From NCBI GenBank assembly GCA_045650355.1, contig JAZRRC010000172.1:1-38280 (forward strand): DNA of 38,280 nt, given 5' to 3'. Within the stretch, counting starts at the first letter, position 1. Each line of letters starts with the position of its first letter. A program made the translations under genes and the position numbers. The notes under the pieces are model-generated. The model saw only the letters and a program-made list of their open reading frames with translations. It was not told the origin of the DNA and searched no databases. Positions 9,381 through 18,255 of this stretch are shown in pieces. This DNA is from Candidatus Avispirillum sp. (GTDB lineage: Bacteria > Bacillota > Clostridia > Oscillospirales > CAG-272).

Positions 9381-10262
9381 ATGGAATTCATTATCTCTAA
9401 GGGCGAAACAGTCGCTAAATGCACATCCTGCGGTGGCGAGCTTATCTCCTTCGTTAAGGACGGTGCTGAGTACGTATGGTACGGCCATGCAGAGCACTGG
9501 AGCGGTCAGGCTCCCTGCCTCTTCCCCGTTGTTTGCAGACCTCTTGAGGACCGCGTTATCATCGACGGCACATCCTACCCCATGAAGAAGCACGGCTTTG
9601 CAAGAAAGGTAGAGTTTACTCCCGTTGAGGTTAAGCCCGACAGCGTTACTCTCCGTCTCACAGAAAGCGACGACACAAAGGCTATCTTCCCCTACGAGTT
9701 CAACCTCGATATCACTCACTCCGTTACTGAGGACGGCTTTACAACAGAGTATAAGGTAACAAACAAGTCCGATAAGGAAATGACATTCTGCATCGGCGGT
9801 CACCCCGGCTTCAACTGCCCCATTTTCGAGGGCGAGAAGTTTGAGGACTACTCTCTCGTATTCGACAACGCTGAGGGCGCTGTAGCTCACAACTGTGACC
9901 TCGACGCAGGCGGATATATGAGCTCCGATATGCCCGAGCTTGATTACATCAAGGACGGCAAGATGGACCTTATTTACGATCGCTTCGACTTCGACGCTGT
10001 TGTTGTTGAAAACCTCCCTGTTAAGAAGGTTAACCTCGTTAACCGCAACACAGGACACGGTGTTCGCTTCGAGTTCGATTCCTACGATGCAATCGGATTC
10101 TGGACTCCCATCAAGATGTCCTCTCCCTTCATCTGCCTCGAGCCCTGGAACGGTCTCCCCGGCGGTACAAACGAAACTCCCGACTTCAAGGATAAGAAGT
10201 ATGCAAAGACTATCGCTCCCGGCGAAAGCTTCGTAACATCTTATACTGCTACTGTAATCTGA
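9381..10262 (+). CDS. Aldose 1-epimerase family protein (LacX-like)
   Basis: W...AP.LFPVV, KHGFAR, IGGHPGF and FICLEPW motifs. Confidence 0.92.
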   Translation: MEFIISKGETVAKCTSCGGELISFVKDGAEYVWYGHAEHWSGQAPCLFPVVCRPLEDRVIIDGTSYPMKKHGFARKVEFTPVEVKPDSVTLRLTESDDTKAIFPYEFNLDITHSVTEDGFTTEYKVTNKSDKEMTFCIGGHPGFNCPIFEGEKFEDYSLVFDNAEGAVAHNCDLDAGGYMSSDMPELDYIKDGKMDLIYDRFDFDAVVVENLPVKKVNLVNRNTGHGVRFEFDSYDAIGFWTPIKMSSPFICLEPWNGLPGGTNETPDFKDKKYAKTIAPGESFVTSYTATVI

Positions 10263-11200
10263 TGAATCTTTGTAATCTTTCCACTGTCCGTGAGCTTCTT
10301 GATCGCTACGGTCTTGCCCCCAGAAAGGGCTTTGGACAGAACTTTCTCATAAACCCCGACGTTCCCGCCCGCATTGCGGGAAGCTCTGCCACAGGCTTTG
10401 ACTGCGGCTGGGGCGGCGCTGATTCCACAGCTCCCGAGGGAGTATGCGCTCTTGAAATCGGCCCCGGCATCGGCGCCATGACCCGAGAGCTTTCCTCTCT
10501 TTTTGAGAAGGTCCTTGCCGTTGAGATCGACCGCGGACTTATCCCTCTTCTCGGAGAAACCCTTGAGGACTGCGACAACGTCACCGTTATCAACGAGGAC
10601 TTTATGACCCTTTCCTTAAAGGATCTTCTTCGCGAGAATTTCGGCGAAAGCCCCGTTCGCATCTGCGCAAATCTTCCTTATTACATTACGTCTCCCATAC
10701 TCATGTCTGTGCTTGAGGCGTATAAGCCCTCCGAGCGCCCTCAGGTTGAGTCCATCACCGTTCTCGTGCAGAACGAGGTTGCAGACCGCCTTTGCGCTGA
10801 GGCAGGAACAAATGAGTACGGAGCCATCACTGCCGCAGTTAACCTTTGCGGAACTGCAAGAAAGCTCTTCACAGTTCCTGCGGGATGCTTCTATCCTGCA
10901 CCTAAGGTAACGAGCGCAGTTGTGCAGATCACCCTTCACAAAAACGGTGTTCGCGGCGCCTTTGATTCTCTCCCCGAGGATGACGAAGAGCTTGATAAGC
11001 TTATCGGATTTGCAAAGCGTCTTATCGCCGCTGCCTTTGCCCAGAGAAGAAAGACTCTCACAAATGCTCTTTCATCCGTTTGCCCGAAGGAAAAGACTGA
11101 GGCTGCCCTCGAGGCTCTCGGAATTCGTTCCGACATTCGTGGAGAAAAGCTTTCCGCCGCTGATTTCGTTGCCATTGCAAAGCACGTCAGAGCAATCTAA
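10262..11200 (+). CDS. rsmA: 16S rRNA adenine dimethyltransferase KsgA
   Basis: GQNFL, LEIGPGIG, VEID, ANLPYYIT, QRRKTL. TGATG overlap with the upstream gene. Confidence 0.96.
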   Translation: MNLCNLSTVRELLDRYGLAPRKGFGQNFLINPDVPARIAGSSATGFDCGWGGADSTAPEGVCALEIGPGIGAMTRELSSLFEKVLAVEIDRGLIPLLGETLEDCDNVTVINEDFMTLSLKDLLRENFGESPVRICANLPYYITSPILMSVLEAYKPSERPQVESITVLVQNEVADRLCAEAGTNEYGAITAAVNLCGTARKLFTVPAGCFYPAPKVTSAVVQITLHKNGVRGAFDSLPEDDEELDKLIGFAKRLIAAAFAQRRKTLTNALSSVCPKEKTEAALEALGIRSDIRGEKLSAADFVAIAKHVRAI

Positions 11201-11217
11201 TAAAGCTTGGTTTTTAT

Positions 11218-11706
11218 ATGAACAGATTTAATCTCTATTCCCGTACAGAGGAAGAAAAGACCCGCGATATAATAATGTATGAAAAGAAGGCTGAGGCAAG
11301 AGAAATTTGCGAGCTTTATGAAAAAAAGAAAAAGCGCGCAGACCTTGTGACTGTCATTGCGGCAGCAGCAATTGCCATTGGTGCATTCCCTCTTTTCTAT
11401 AATGCCTATGACAGCGAAAGCATCATCGGTATGATACTTGTTATCGCAGGAGCTGCAGCTCTTACCATTGTTGCAAGAATCATCGCAGGAGCAATCCTTG
11501 TCCGCTCCCTTGCCGTATTTCTAAAATGGGGCTCCCTTTGCGAAAAATGGAAGGATGCGAGAAAGGTAATGCACGACTACGAGGCAAAATTTGCCGATCA
11601 GACAGTTTTCGAGGAAGACTTGAAGAAGGCTGAAAAGCGCCTTATGGATGCCTGCGATACACTTATCGCCTATGCCAAAGAGCACGGCATCAAGCCCGAG
11701 CTCTGA
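11218..11706 (+). CDS. Hypothetical two-TM membrane protein
   Basis: 162-aa ORF in operon position, two hydrophobic helices. Confidence 0.7.
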   Translation: MNRFNLYSRTEEEKTRDIIMYEKKAEAREICELYEKKKKRADLVTVIAAAAIAIGAFPLFYNAYDSESIIGMILVIAGAAALTIVARIIAGAILVRSLAVFLKWGSLCEKWKDARKVMHDYEAKFADQTVFEEDLKKAEKRLMDACDTLIAYAKEHGIKPEL

Positions 11707-11715
11707 GGAGGCTGT

Positions 11716-12468
11716 ATGGAAGCTGTAGTTTTGACAGCCCTCGGAGTCGGTGCTTCAACTGTTTTCGGCTCTCTGCTGGGATTTCTTTTCAAAAAGATAT
11801 CACACCGCTTTTCCGATATCGTTCTTTCATTTGCTGCAGGAGTTATGCTTTCTGCCGCAGTGCTTGGACTCATCATTCCCTCCGTTGAATACGGCGGTAA
11901 ATACGGTATTATTATCACCGTTGCCGGCATTTTTGCAGGTGCGCTGTATCTTAACGTTATAGATAAGCTTGTGCCTCACCTTCATAAAATGGTAGGCTCC
12001 GATATCGAAGCGCATAACAACGCAAACCTTTCCAAGGTGCTTTTGTTCGTTATGGCAATTGCCATACATAATCTTCCCGAGGGTATTGCCGCAGGCGTCG
12101 GCTTCGGCTCGGGAGACACATCAAAGGCACTCCTTATCGCAGGAGGTATCGCTCTCCAGAATATCCCCGAGGGTATGGTCATTATAGGACCACTCCTCGC
12201 ATCGGGAGTGAGCGCAAAAAGAACCTTTCTTCTTGCAGCAGTGACCGGCCTTGTTGAGGTTGTGGGTACCTTTATCGGATATTTCGCCGTCAGCATAGCA
12301 TCATTCATTCTCCCCTTTGCTCTTGCATTTGCGGGAGGTACCATGCTGTACGTTATCAGCGATGAAATGATCCCCGAGACTCACGCCCACGGAAGTGAGC
12401 GAGGCGCAACCTATGCTCTCCTTATAGGCTTTTGCGTGATGCTCATCTGCGACACTCTTCTAGGATAA
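11716..12468 (+). CDS. ZIP family metal transporter (ZupT/GufA-like)
   Basis: FAAGVML, HNLPEG, QNIPEG, EMIPE motifs. Confidence 0.93.
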   Translation: MEAVVLTALGVGASTVFGSLLGFLFKKISHRFSDIVLSFAAGVMLSAAVLGLIIPSVEYGGKYGIIITVAGIFAGALYLNVIDKLVPHLHKMVGSDIEAHNNANLSKVLLFVMAIAIHNLPEGIAAGVGFGSGDTSKALLIAGGIALQNIPEGMVIIGPLLASGVSAKRTFLLAAVTGLVEVVGTFIGYFAVSIASFILPFALAFAGGTMLYVISDEMIPETHAHGSERGATYALLIGFCVMLICDTLLG

Positions 12469-12499
12469 AAAAAGAACCCCGATTCGGGGTTCTTTTTTT
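12467..12499. terminator. Bidirectional terminator
   Basis: A-tract, GAACCCCGA-t-TCGGGGTTC, T-tract between convergent genes. Confidence 0.85.
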
Positions 12500-13478
12500 A
12501 TCCTTTGACACAGTTATTTTCTATGCCCTCTTTGAGGTATCCTTTAATATTTTCAACCGTTGTCTCTGCAATATTGTCAAGTGCATCCTCGGTGAGAAAT
12601 GCCTGATGAGAGGTTACTATAACGTTTGGCATAGATATAAGTCTTGCCAGGATATCATCTGAAACGATGTGGTTTGAATAATCTTCAAAGAACAGCTCGT
12701 TTTCATCCTCGTATACGTCAAGACAAGCACCGCCTATGCGACGCTCTTTGATTGCCAAAAGAAGTGCGGCAGCATCAATAAGTCCGCCTCGTGAGGTGTT
12801 TATTATTATCGCTCTTTTCTTCATTTTAGAAATAGCCTCCCCGTCTATCATATGATAGGTCTCATCGTTGAGGGGGCAATGAAGGGAGATAATGTCAGAC
12901 TCTCTGAAAAGAGTATCGGTATCAACGTAGGAAACGTCGGGGATATCAGCAGGAAATTTATCGTGGGCTAGTATCTTCATTCCAAAGCCCTTGCAGATAT
13001 TTATAAAGCACCGACCTATCTTTCCGGTGCCAACAATACCAACGGTCTTTCCGTGAAGATCGTATCCCGTCATACCTTTTAGACTGAAATTAAAATCCCT
13101 CGTTCGGATATATGCCTTGTGTATCCTTCTGATTGAGGTGAGAAGCATCGCCATTGCGTGCTCGGCAACGGAATAGGGAGAATATGCTGGGACGTTGAAA
13201 ACGGGGATTCTGCCGTTCAGGTGCTTAAAATCCACGTTATTGAATCCTGCGCATCTGAGGGCGATATATTTGCATCCCTGCTCCAGGAGTATATCGATGA
13301 CGGGAGCAGACACAGTATCGTTTACAAAGACGCAAACGCCGTCAGAGCCCCTTGCCAGAGAGGCAGTATCCTCGGTCAGCTTCGTCTCGAAATACTTGAT
13401 TTTCAGCTCTGCCCGCTCAGCATAATAATCAAACGAGGGTTTATCGTATGTTTTGGCATCAAAAAATGCGATTTTCAT
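12498..13478 (-). CDS. ldhA: D-lactate dehydrogenase-like 2-hydroxyacid dehydrogenase
   Basis: LRCAGFNNVD, VPAYSP, GTGKIG, SLHCPL, INTSRGGLID, LDVYE, TSHQAF. ATG 13478 after AAGGAG. Confidence 0.9.
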   Translation of the reverse strand: MKIAFFDAKTYDKPSFDYYAERAELKIKYFETKLTEDTASLARGSDGVCVFVNDTVSAPVIDILLEQGCKYIALRCAGFNNVDFKHLNGRIPVFNVPAYSPYSVAEHAMAMLLTSIRRIHKAYIRTRDFNFSLKGMTGYDLHGKTVGIVGTGKIGRCFINICKGFGMKILAHDKFPADIPDVSYVDTDTLFRESDIISLHCPLNDETYHMIDGEAISKMKKRAIIINTSRGGLIDAAALLLAIKERRIGGACLDVYEDENELFFEDYSNHIVSDDILARLISMPNVIVTSHQAFLTEDALDNIAETTVENIKGYLKEGIENNCVKG

Positions 13479-13870
13479 GTTTTTGGCTCCTTTTTTAACG
13501 TGTTCCGTATTATATATGTTATCCCGAAAACTCCTTATAATACAGGGGGTGCGAGATTTATGCAAATGTAAAATATTGTTTTGAACCCGTGTTATTTATG
13601 CAACTGTCTAATTTATTGCCATTTCCCCCATTCACACTCGGTTTGAACAATAATTTTGCAAATAAACCGTGCAATTTGACAGCTGAAGGAGAATAATGTA
13701 AATACAAAAGAGCCGGAACGGCAAAGATTTTTTTCATCGGTAAACCAATTACGTTTTTATATTCACAAGGAACAGCTCTGTTGTTTAGAAAGTGCTCCTT
13801 TGGCTCCTGTTGGTATAACATTTTTTGTCGTTTTGCCTTTGTCCATTTTTGTTAAATGTTGTTTAATCTG

Positions 13871-13899
13871 TTGACTATCAATGTCGAATGTTATATAAT
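13871..13899 (+). promoter_or_regulatory. sigmaA promoter of the TIR operon
   Basis: TTGACT-17 bp-TATAAT. Confidence 0.75.
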
Positions 13900-13932
13900 A
13901 TTCATTATAATAATACATTCAAGGAGTATGAT

Positions 13933-15078
13933 TTGGCAAATTATTATACCTCTGAAGAAGTAACAAAAAAATCTTTTTTGTTTGTCAGCTATAATCACGA
14001 GAACAAGGAGCTTGTTACGGAAGTTATCGACTTTCTGTTAGATTCCGGTGTTCGTCTCTGGTACGATGCTGATCTGGGAATCGGTGACGAGTGGAACGAA
14101 TTCGCAGAAAAGCTTATAAAGCATCCGAATTGCAAGGGCATTATCTTTTTCAACAGTGTTGAATCCTTTAAAAGTCAGCCTATTTATCAGGAGCGTTGTT
14201 TTGCTCTTGAGAAAGTTGCAGCTTACAAAAAGGAAGGGCGCCATTTCCCCATTTTCCCCGTTAACATCGGTAAGCCCTCTACCCTTCGACTTATCAAAAG
14301 TATTTTCGACAGTCTTCCCGATAGCGAGAAGGAAATCGACCGTGTATTTCCTCTTGAATATCTCAAAAATATTTCAGAAATATTTAAAAGCAATACCATT
14401 TACTGCTATGCCGATCCTGACGACAAGGAAGGCTATATGCAGCGTTTAAATGATGCTATAGCAAAGACTGAGCCCTCAGTTATAGACAAGAGTGCTGTAG
14501 CAATGAAGGAGCTCAGGAGCAGCACCCCTGCCTCCAATCCCGATATCAGGCTGGGAATCTGCAAGGACAAGCTTACCTCTGCTTTACCCGATTACCTTCT
14601 TACAGCAAACAAAATAGTTGAGTATAAGGGAGCCCAGTACATTGTTGAGAACGGTAAAGCTTATTCAGTCAAGCCCATTGTGTGGCGTCCCCTCTACTGC
14701 CATAACGATACGTTCGTTCTTTTATCCGAAGAAATAGTTGATGTGCGCAACGGAGGAAAGGATCTTTCCGAGTGGCTGGAAACAAAATTCCTCACATCAT
14801 GCTTCACCGACGAGGAAAGAGCAAAAATCAGCAAGATCAGACTGCTCACCCCCACAGATATGACAAAAACAGAAAGCGAGACAGCTTTTGTTTTCCCGCC
14901 TTCCGAAGCAAATTCCGAATCCAACTGGTGGATAGATGCCATGGGAACCGGAGTTCTTCAGAAGATCATCAAAAAGAACGGCACAGTTTACAACAGCGGC
15001 TATAACTACCGTATCAAAAAGTGCGGTGTTCGCCCTGTTATTACAGTTCATAAAGATATTATATCCGACTTGGCATGA
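13933..15078 (+). CDS. TIR-domain protein with C-terminal DUF6273-like domain
   Basis: FLFVSYNHEN...LWYD..L..GDEW...IIFFNS.ESFKS..IYQE (TIR_2-like, Glu retained). C-terminal PIVWR..VLLSE..L.EWL..F..EE...WW...GVRPVI. TTG start after AAGGAG. Confidence 0.8.
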   Translation: MANYYTSEEVTKKSFLFVSYNHENKELVTEVIDFLLDSGVRLWYDADLGIGDEWNEFAEKLIKHPNCKGIIFFNSVESFKSQPIYQERCFALEKVAAYKKEGRHFPIFPVNIGKPSTLRLIKSIFDSLPDSEKEIDRVFPLEYLKNISEIFKSNTIYCYADPDDKEGYMQRLNDAIAKTEPSVIDKSAVAMKELRSSTPASNPDIRLGICKDKLTSALPDYLLTANKIVEYKGAQYIVENGKAYSVKPIVWRPLYCHNDTFVLLSEEIVDVRNGGKDLSEWLETKFLTSCFTDEERAKISKIRLLTPTDMTKTESETAFVFPPSEANSESNWWIDAMGTGVLQKIIKKNGTVYNSGYNYRIKKCGVRPVITVHKDIISDLA

Positions 15079-15126
15079 TACCCTTAGCTAAAAAATATTT
15101 ATCAATACATAACAAGGAGAATAATC

Positions 15127-17292
15127 ATGGCATCTGTTAGAAAAGCAAAGTACGGTTCCTTCCAGGACATCATCGACACCACCGCATCCGAGAAAAACGA
15201 TTCTATTTTTAACAACTACAAGCCCAAGGGCGAAATTGGCAAAGAGATTTTTAAAGAGCTTTATAAAAGATTCAATAACGATCCTGCACAGGGCGCTATA
15301 GGCTTTTATATGGACGATACCAAGGCTATCGGTCTTCTCTCCCAGTGCCAGTCTCTTCAGGCACTCCTTCTTTTAGCTTCCGATTTCGGTCTGACATTCG
15401 ACGATAAACGTATCGTATCAGATGATGAAGATAACCTCACCATCCGTGAAATCATGGACATCGTTATCGAAGATATCTTCAAAAGAATCAAAACAAAGGA
15501 AGATCACGTTTATCGCTTTGATGCTTCTCCCTACGAGACAAAGCTGTTCACCGTTGAACGCTCCAACATTGAAGCTATCACATGGGTTATCCCCTGCTTC
15601 CTTCAGGCTCTGAAGTACCACGCAACCATCGGTGAGACCTGTAAATGGGAGGAACAGCTCGTTGACGTTATTTCATACGGTCTCAGATATATCAATGACA
15701 GCTTTATCGACGGAGAGAGCGAGCTTGGTAAGTCAAACAAGCTTGAGATAGGCTGGAACTTCTCCAAGAAGTGCGAAGAGCCTTCTCTTTACTATACGTT
15801 TACCGTTTGTGAATGCTTCGTTGAGTTTTTCACAACCTTTGAAGATTACCTCACCTACAAAGAGGCTGAGCGTATACATAAGACCTACCCCGCAAAAAAT
15901 ATCCCCAAGCAGCTCAGAATCGCCAAGGAAGAGCACGATAAGGAATATGAAAGACTGAAGGCCGCAGGCGACCGAGGCTATGACCCCGATACAGGTAAAA
16001 AGCTTGCACAGTTTGACGAATACAACGAGCTCTTCCTCAGATATAAGGAGATCAACAACGGTATCGCTGATATTGACGGATCTATTTACGGTGAGCTTGA
16101 AGAAAAGTGCAAAATGGTTGCAAGAGAGATCTGGCGTCTCAGTAAAGAGCATCTCGCTGATGACTTTTACTATAACGACCTCAGTACAACCCTGACCGAG
16201 GCAGAAATCTCCATCTCCACCACAAGTGACGCACTCTTTAATACAGTTTACATCATCAACATCATGCTTGATGCAGGTATGGATGAAGAGCTGGAGCTTC
16301 TCAGATCTGTTGCCACAACTCAGGACGAAGCTTTCGAGCTGGAGCAGGAGTACAACAACCTTCTTGAATCCTGCCAGCTTGCTTCTCAGAAGGCTCTCCG
16401 TACATACGAAAAGCTCAAAAACGTAGGTAAAGAATATATCGTTGAGCAGTTCCTTGTCGGTTTCAACGAGAACTTCACTTTCCATAAGGACATCGTTCGA
16501 GAGCTCCGTAAGCGCCGTATGCGTGTATTTACCCTCATTCCTCTGCTTATCCGTACAAACAACGCCATCAGTGAGTACCTCATCAAATACCCTCAGGTAA
16601 ACATGAAGAAGTACCTCGGCTATATTCTTGACAACAGATTTGTTGAAAAGAATAAGGCTAAGTGGATCTGGGAAAATGACGGCTTCTTCAGTGCAAGTAA
16701 CTATTACTACGTTTCCGCTCTCGGTGAGTTCTACGCATACTATGAAAGATACGAAAGCGAATACATAGAAAACTATAACCAGAACGAGGCTCAGCGCAAG
16801 GCTATCATCGAAAAGAGAGACGAGCAGCTCAAAGCACCTACCGGTGAAATCGGTGTGCTTAAGAGAAAGCTTCAGGACAAGGAAAAGGAAATCGAACGTC
16901 TGAAGAAAGAAAAGGAAAGCATTGATACTCCCGTTGAGAATGCAGTTTCCTTGATCGTATCCCGTGAGATGTCCAAGCTGCTTCCCGAAATGCTTTGCAG
17001 CTTCATTGAAAGCTGCAGCGCAGGTCTTACAGTATCCGATATCGATGATACTCCCTGCACAGAGGAGCACAAGCATTTTTCCAATGCTGTCAGCCAGTTT
17101 ATGTTTGCACTTATGAGCAAATATATTTACGATACAGTTCGCTCTACAAAGCTTTCCAAGAGCGAAAATAAAGAAAACCATGAAGTACTCAGAGCAAACG
17201 TTCAGAAAGAGCTTATCCGTTGCCTGAGAAGCTATATTGCCGAAATCAGTAACAGCGATGAGGACAGAAGCTCTTTTTATAACCAGAACTAA
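15127..17292 (+). CDS. Hypothetical 721-aa acidic, mostly helical protein with coiled coil
   Basis: Long ORF, AAGGAG RBS, host-like codon usage, coiled coil (KRKLQDKEKEIERLKKEKE). Confidence 0.85.
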   Translation: MASVRKAKYGSFQDIIDTTASEKNDSIFNNYKPKGEIGKEIFKELYKRFNNDPAQGAIGFYMDDTKAIGLLSQCQSLQALLLLASDFGLTFDDKRIVSDDEDNLTIREIMDIVIEDIFKRIKTKEDHVYRFDASPYETKLFTVERSNIEAITWVIPCFLQALKYHATIGETCKWEEQLVDVISYGLRYINDSFIDGESELGKSNKLEIGWNFSKKCEEPSLYYTFTVCECFVEFFTTFEDYLTYKEAERIHKTYPAKNIPKQLRIAKEEHDKEYERLKAAGDRGYDPDTGKKLAQFDEYNELFLRYKEINNGIADIDGSIYGELEEKCKMVAREIWRLSKEHLADDFYYNDLSTTLTEAEISISTTSDALFNTVYIINIMLDAGMDEELELLRSVATTQDEAFELEQEYNNLLESCQLASQKALRTYEKLKNVGKEYIVEQFLVGFNENFTFHKDIVRELRKRRMRVFTLIPLLIRTNNAISEYLIKYPQVNMKKYLGYILDNRFVEKNKAKWIWENDGFFSASNYYYVSALGEFYAYYERYESEYIENYNQNEAQRKAIIEKRDEQLKAPTGEIGVLKRKLQDKEKEIERLKKEKESIDTPVENAVSLIVSREMSKLLPEMLCSFIESCSAGLTVSDIDDTPCTEEHKHFSNAVSQFMFALMSKYIYDTVRSTKLSKSENKENHEVLRANVQKELIRCLRSYIAEISNSDEDRSSFYNQN

Positions 17293-17307
17293 GGAGACCA
17301 TCTAAAG

Positions 17308-18237
17308 ATGAAGACAATTTCTTTCTTTTCCTATAAAGGCGGTGCGGGACGAAGCACACTTGCTTATAACATAATTCCCATTCTTGCAGCAGAGCATATC
17401 CAGCCCACAGCTGAATCCCCCATTATCGTTGTTGATACTGACGTTGACAGCTGCGGTATGTCTTACCTGCTCAAGGCAGAGAAAAAGGTTACCGATACAA
17501 ACTGCATCCAGCACCTTCTCGGCAACCCCTTTGATACTACCCCCACCTCCTCCGTTGCCACTCATCCCTTCCTTAGCCAGCTTATCCCCGTTGGTAATGC
17601 TTACGGCTATGAGGACAACGACGCTATCCTTCTTCTCCCTGCAAAGGACAACAAAAACATCGGTAAGGATGCCAAAAACAACTATGCTGAGTCCGGCGGA
17701 TTCTCTTACATGGAATCTCTTGAAAGCTTTCTTGAGGTTTGCGATGAGGTTTACGATATCCCCGCAGTTATTTTCGACTCTTCCGTTGGTAACACTGCCC
17801 TTGCAAACATCTCTAACGAAGCTGCAACTATCATTGTGTGCGTTATGCGTCCCACAATTCAGTTCGTAAACGGTACACGCCGCTATCTTCTCGGCGTTGA
17901 GAACGATGAAAAGATGTTCTCAAAGGGTAAGAACATTGTAGTTGTTCCCAACGTTATTCCCCAGAACGAGGTAGTTATCAACGGTCTTCGTTATCCCGAT
18001 GCCGCTATCAGTAAGATCAGAATCGATTTTTCAACCGATTTTGAGGACAGCATCATGCATGACTACCATTTTGACATGCTCGATCCTGATGAATTCGGTA
18101 TCCCCGCAGTAAACCGCTTCATGTGGCTTGAGGATGCACTCTATACTAAAAAAGAGCTTAACGAAAACGAACAGATAGCTCTTCAGCGATACAGAAAGCT
18201 TGCAGCTCTGCTTGACGATATCGACGCTGATTATTAA
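17308..18237 (+). CDS. ParA/MinD-like ATPase with variant Walker A (KGGAGRS)
   Basis: ISFFSYKGGAGRST, IVVDTD, VIFDSSVG, VVVPN. Confidence 0.85.
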   Translation: MKTISFFSYKGGAGRSTLAYNIIPILAAEHIQPTAESPIIVVDTDVDSCGMSYLLKAEKKVTDTNCIQHLLGNPFDTTPTSSVATHPFLSQLIPVGNAYGYEDNDAILLLPAKDNKNIGKDAKNNYAESGGFSYMESLESFLEVCDEVYDIPAVIFDSSVGNTALANISNEAATIIVCVMRPTIQFVNGTRRYLLGVENDEKMFSKGKNIVVVPNVIPQNEVVINGLRYPDAAISKIRIDFSTDFEDSIMHDYHFDMLDPDEFGIPAVNRFMWLEDALYTKKELNENEQIALQRYRKLAALLDDIDADY

Positions 18238-18255
18238 TTTCGGGAGGCCATCTCA

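Noticed and set aside
13479-13870. 87-aa ORF or mobile-element end upstream of the TIR operon
   Set aside because: AT-rich divergent promoter region with no convincing RBS, att site or terminal repeat.
15733-17301. 522-aa minus-strand ORF
   Set aside because: Antisense shadow of the 721-aa gene. It has no RBS or motifs and is explained by codon bias.
17308-18237. Plasmid or prophage partition locus
   Set aside because: No parB, rep, integrase or phage genes, the Walker A is variant, and the flanks are housekeeping genes.
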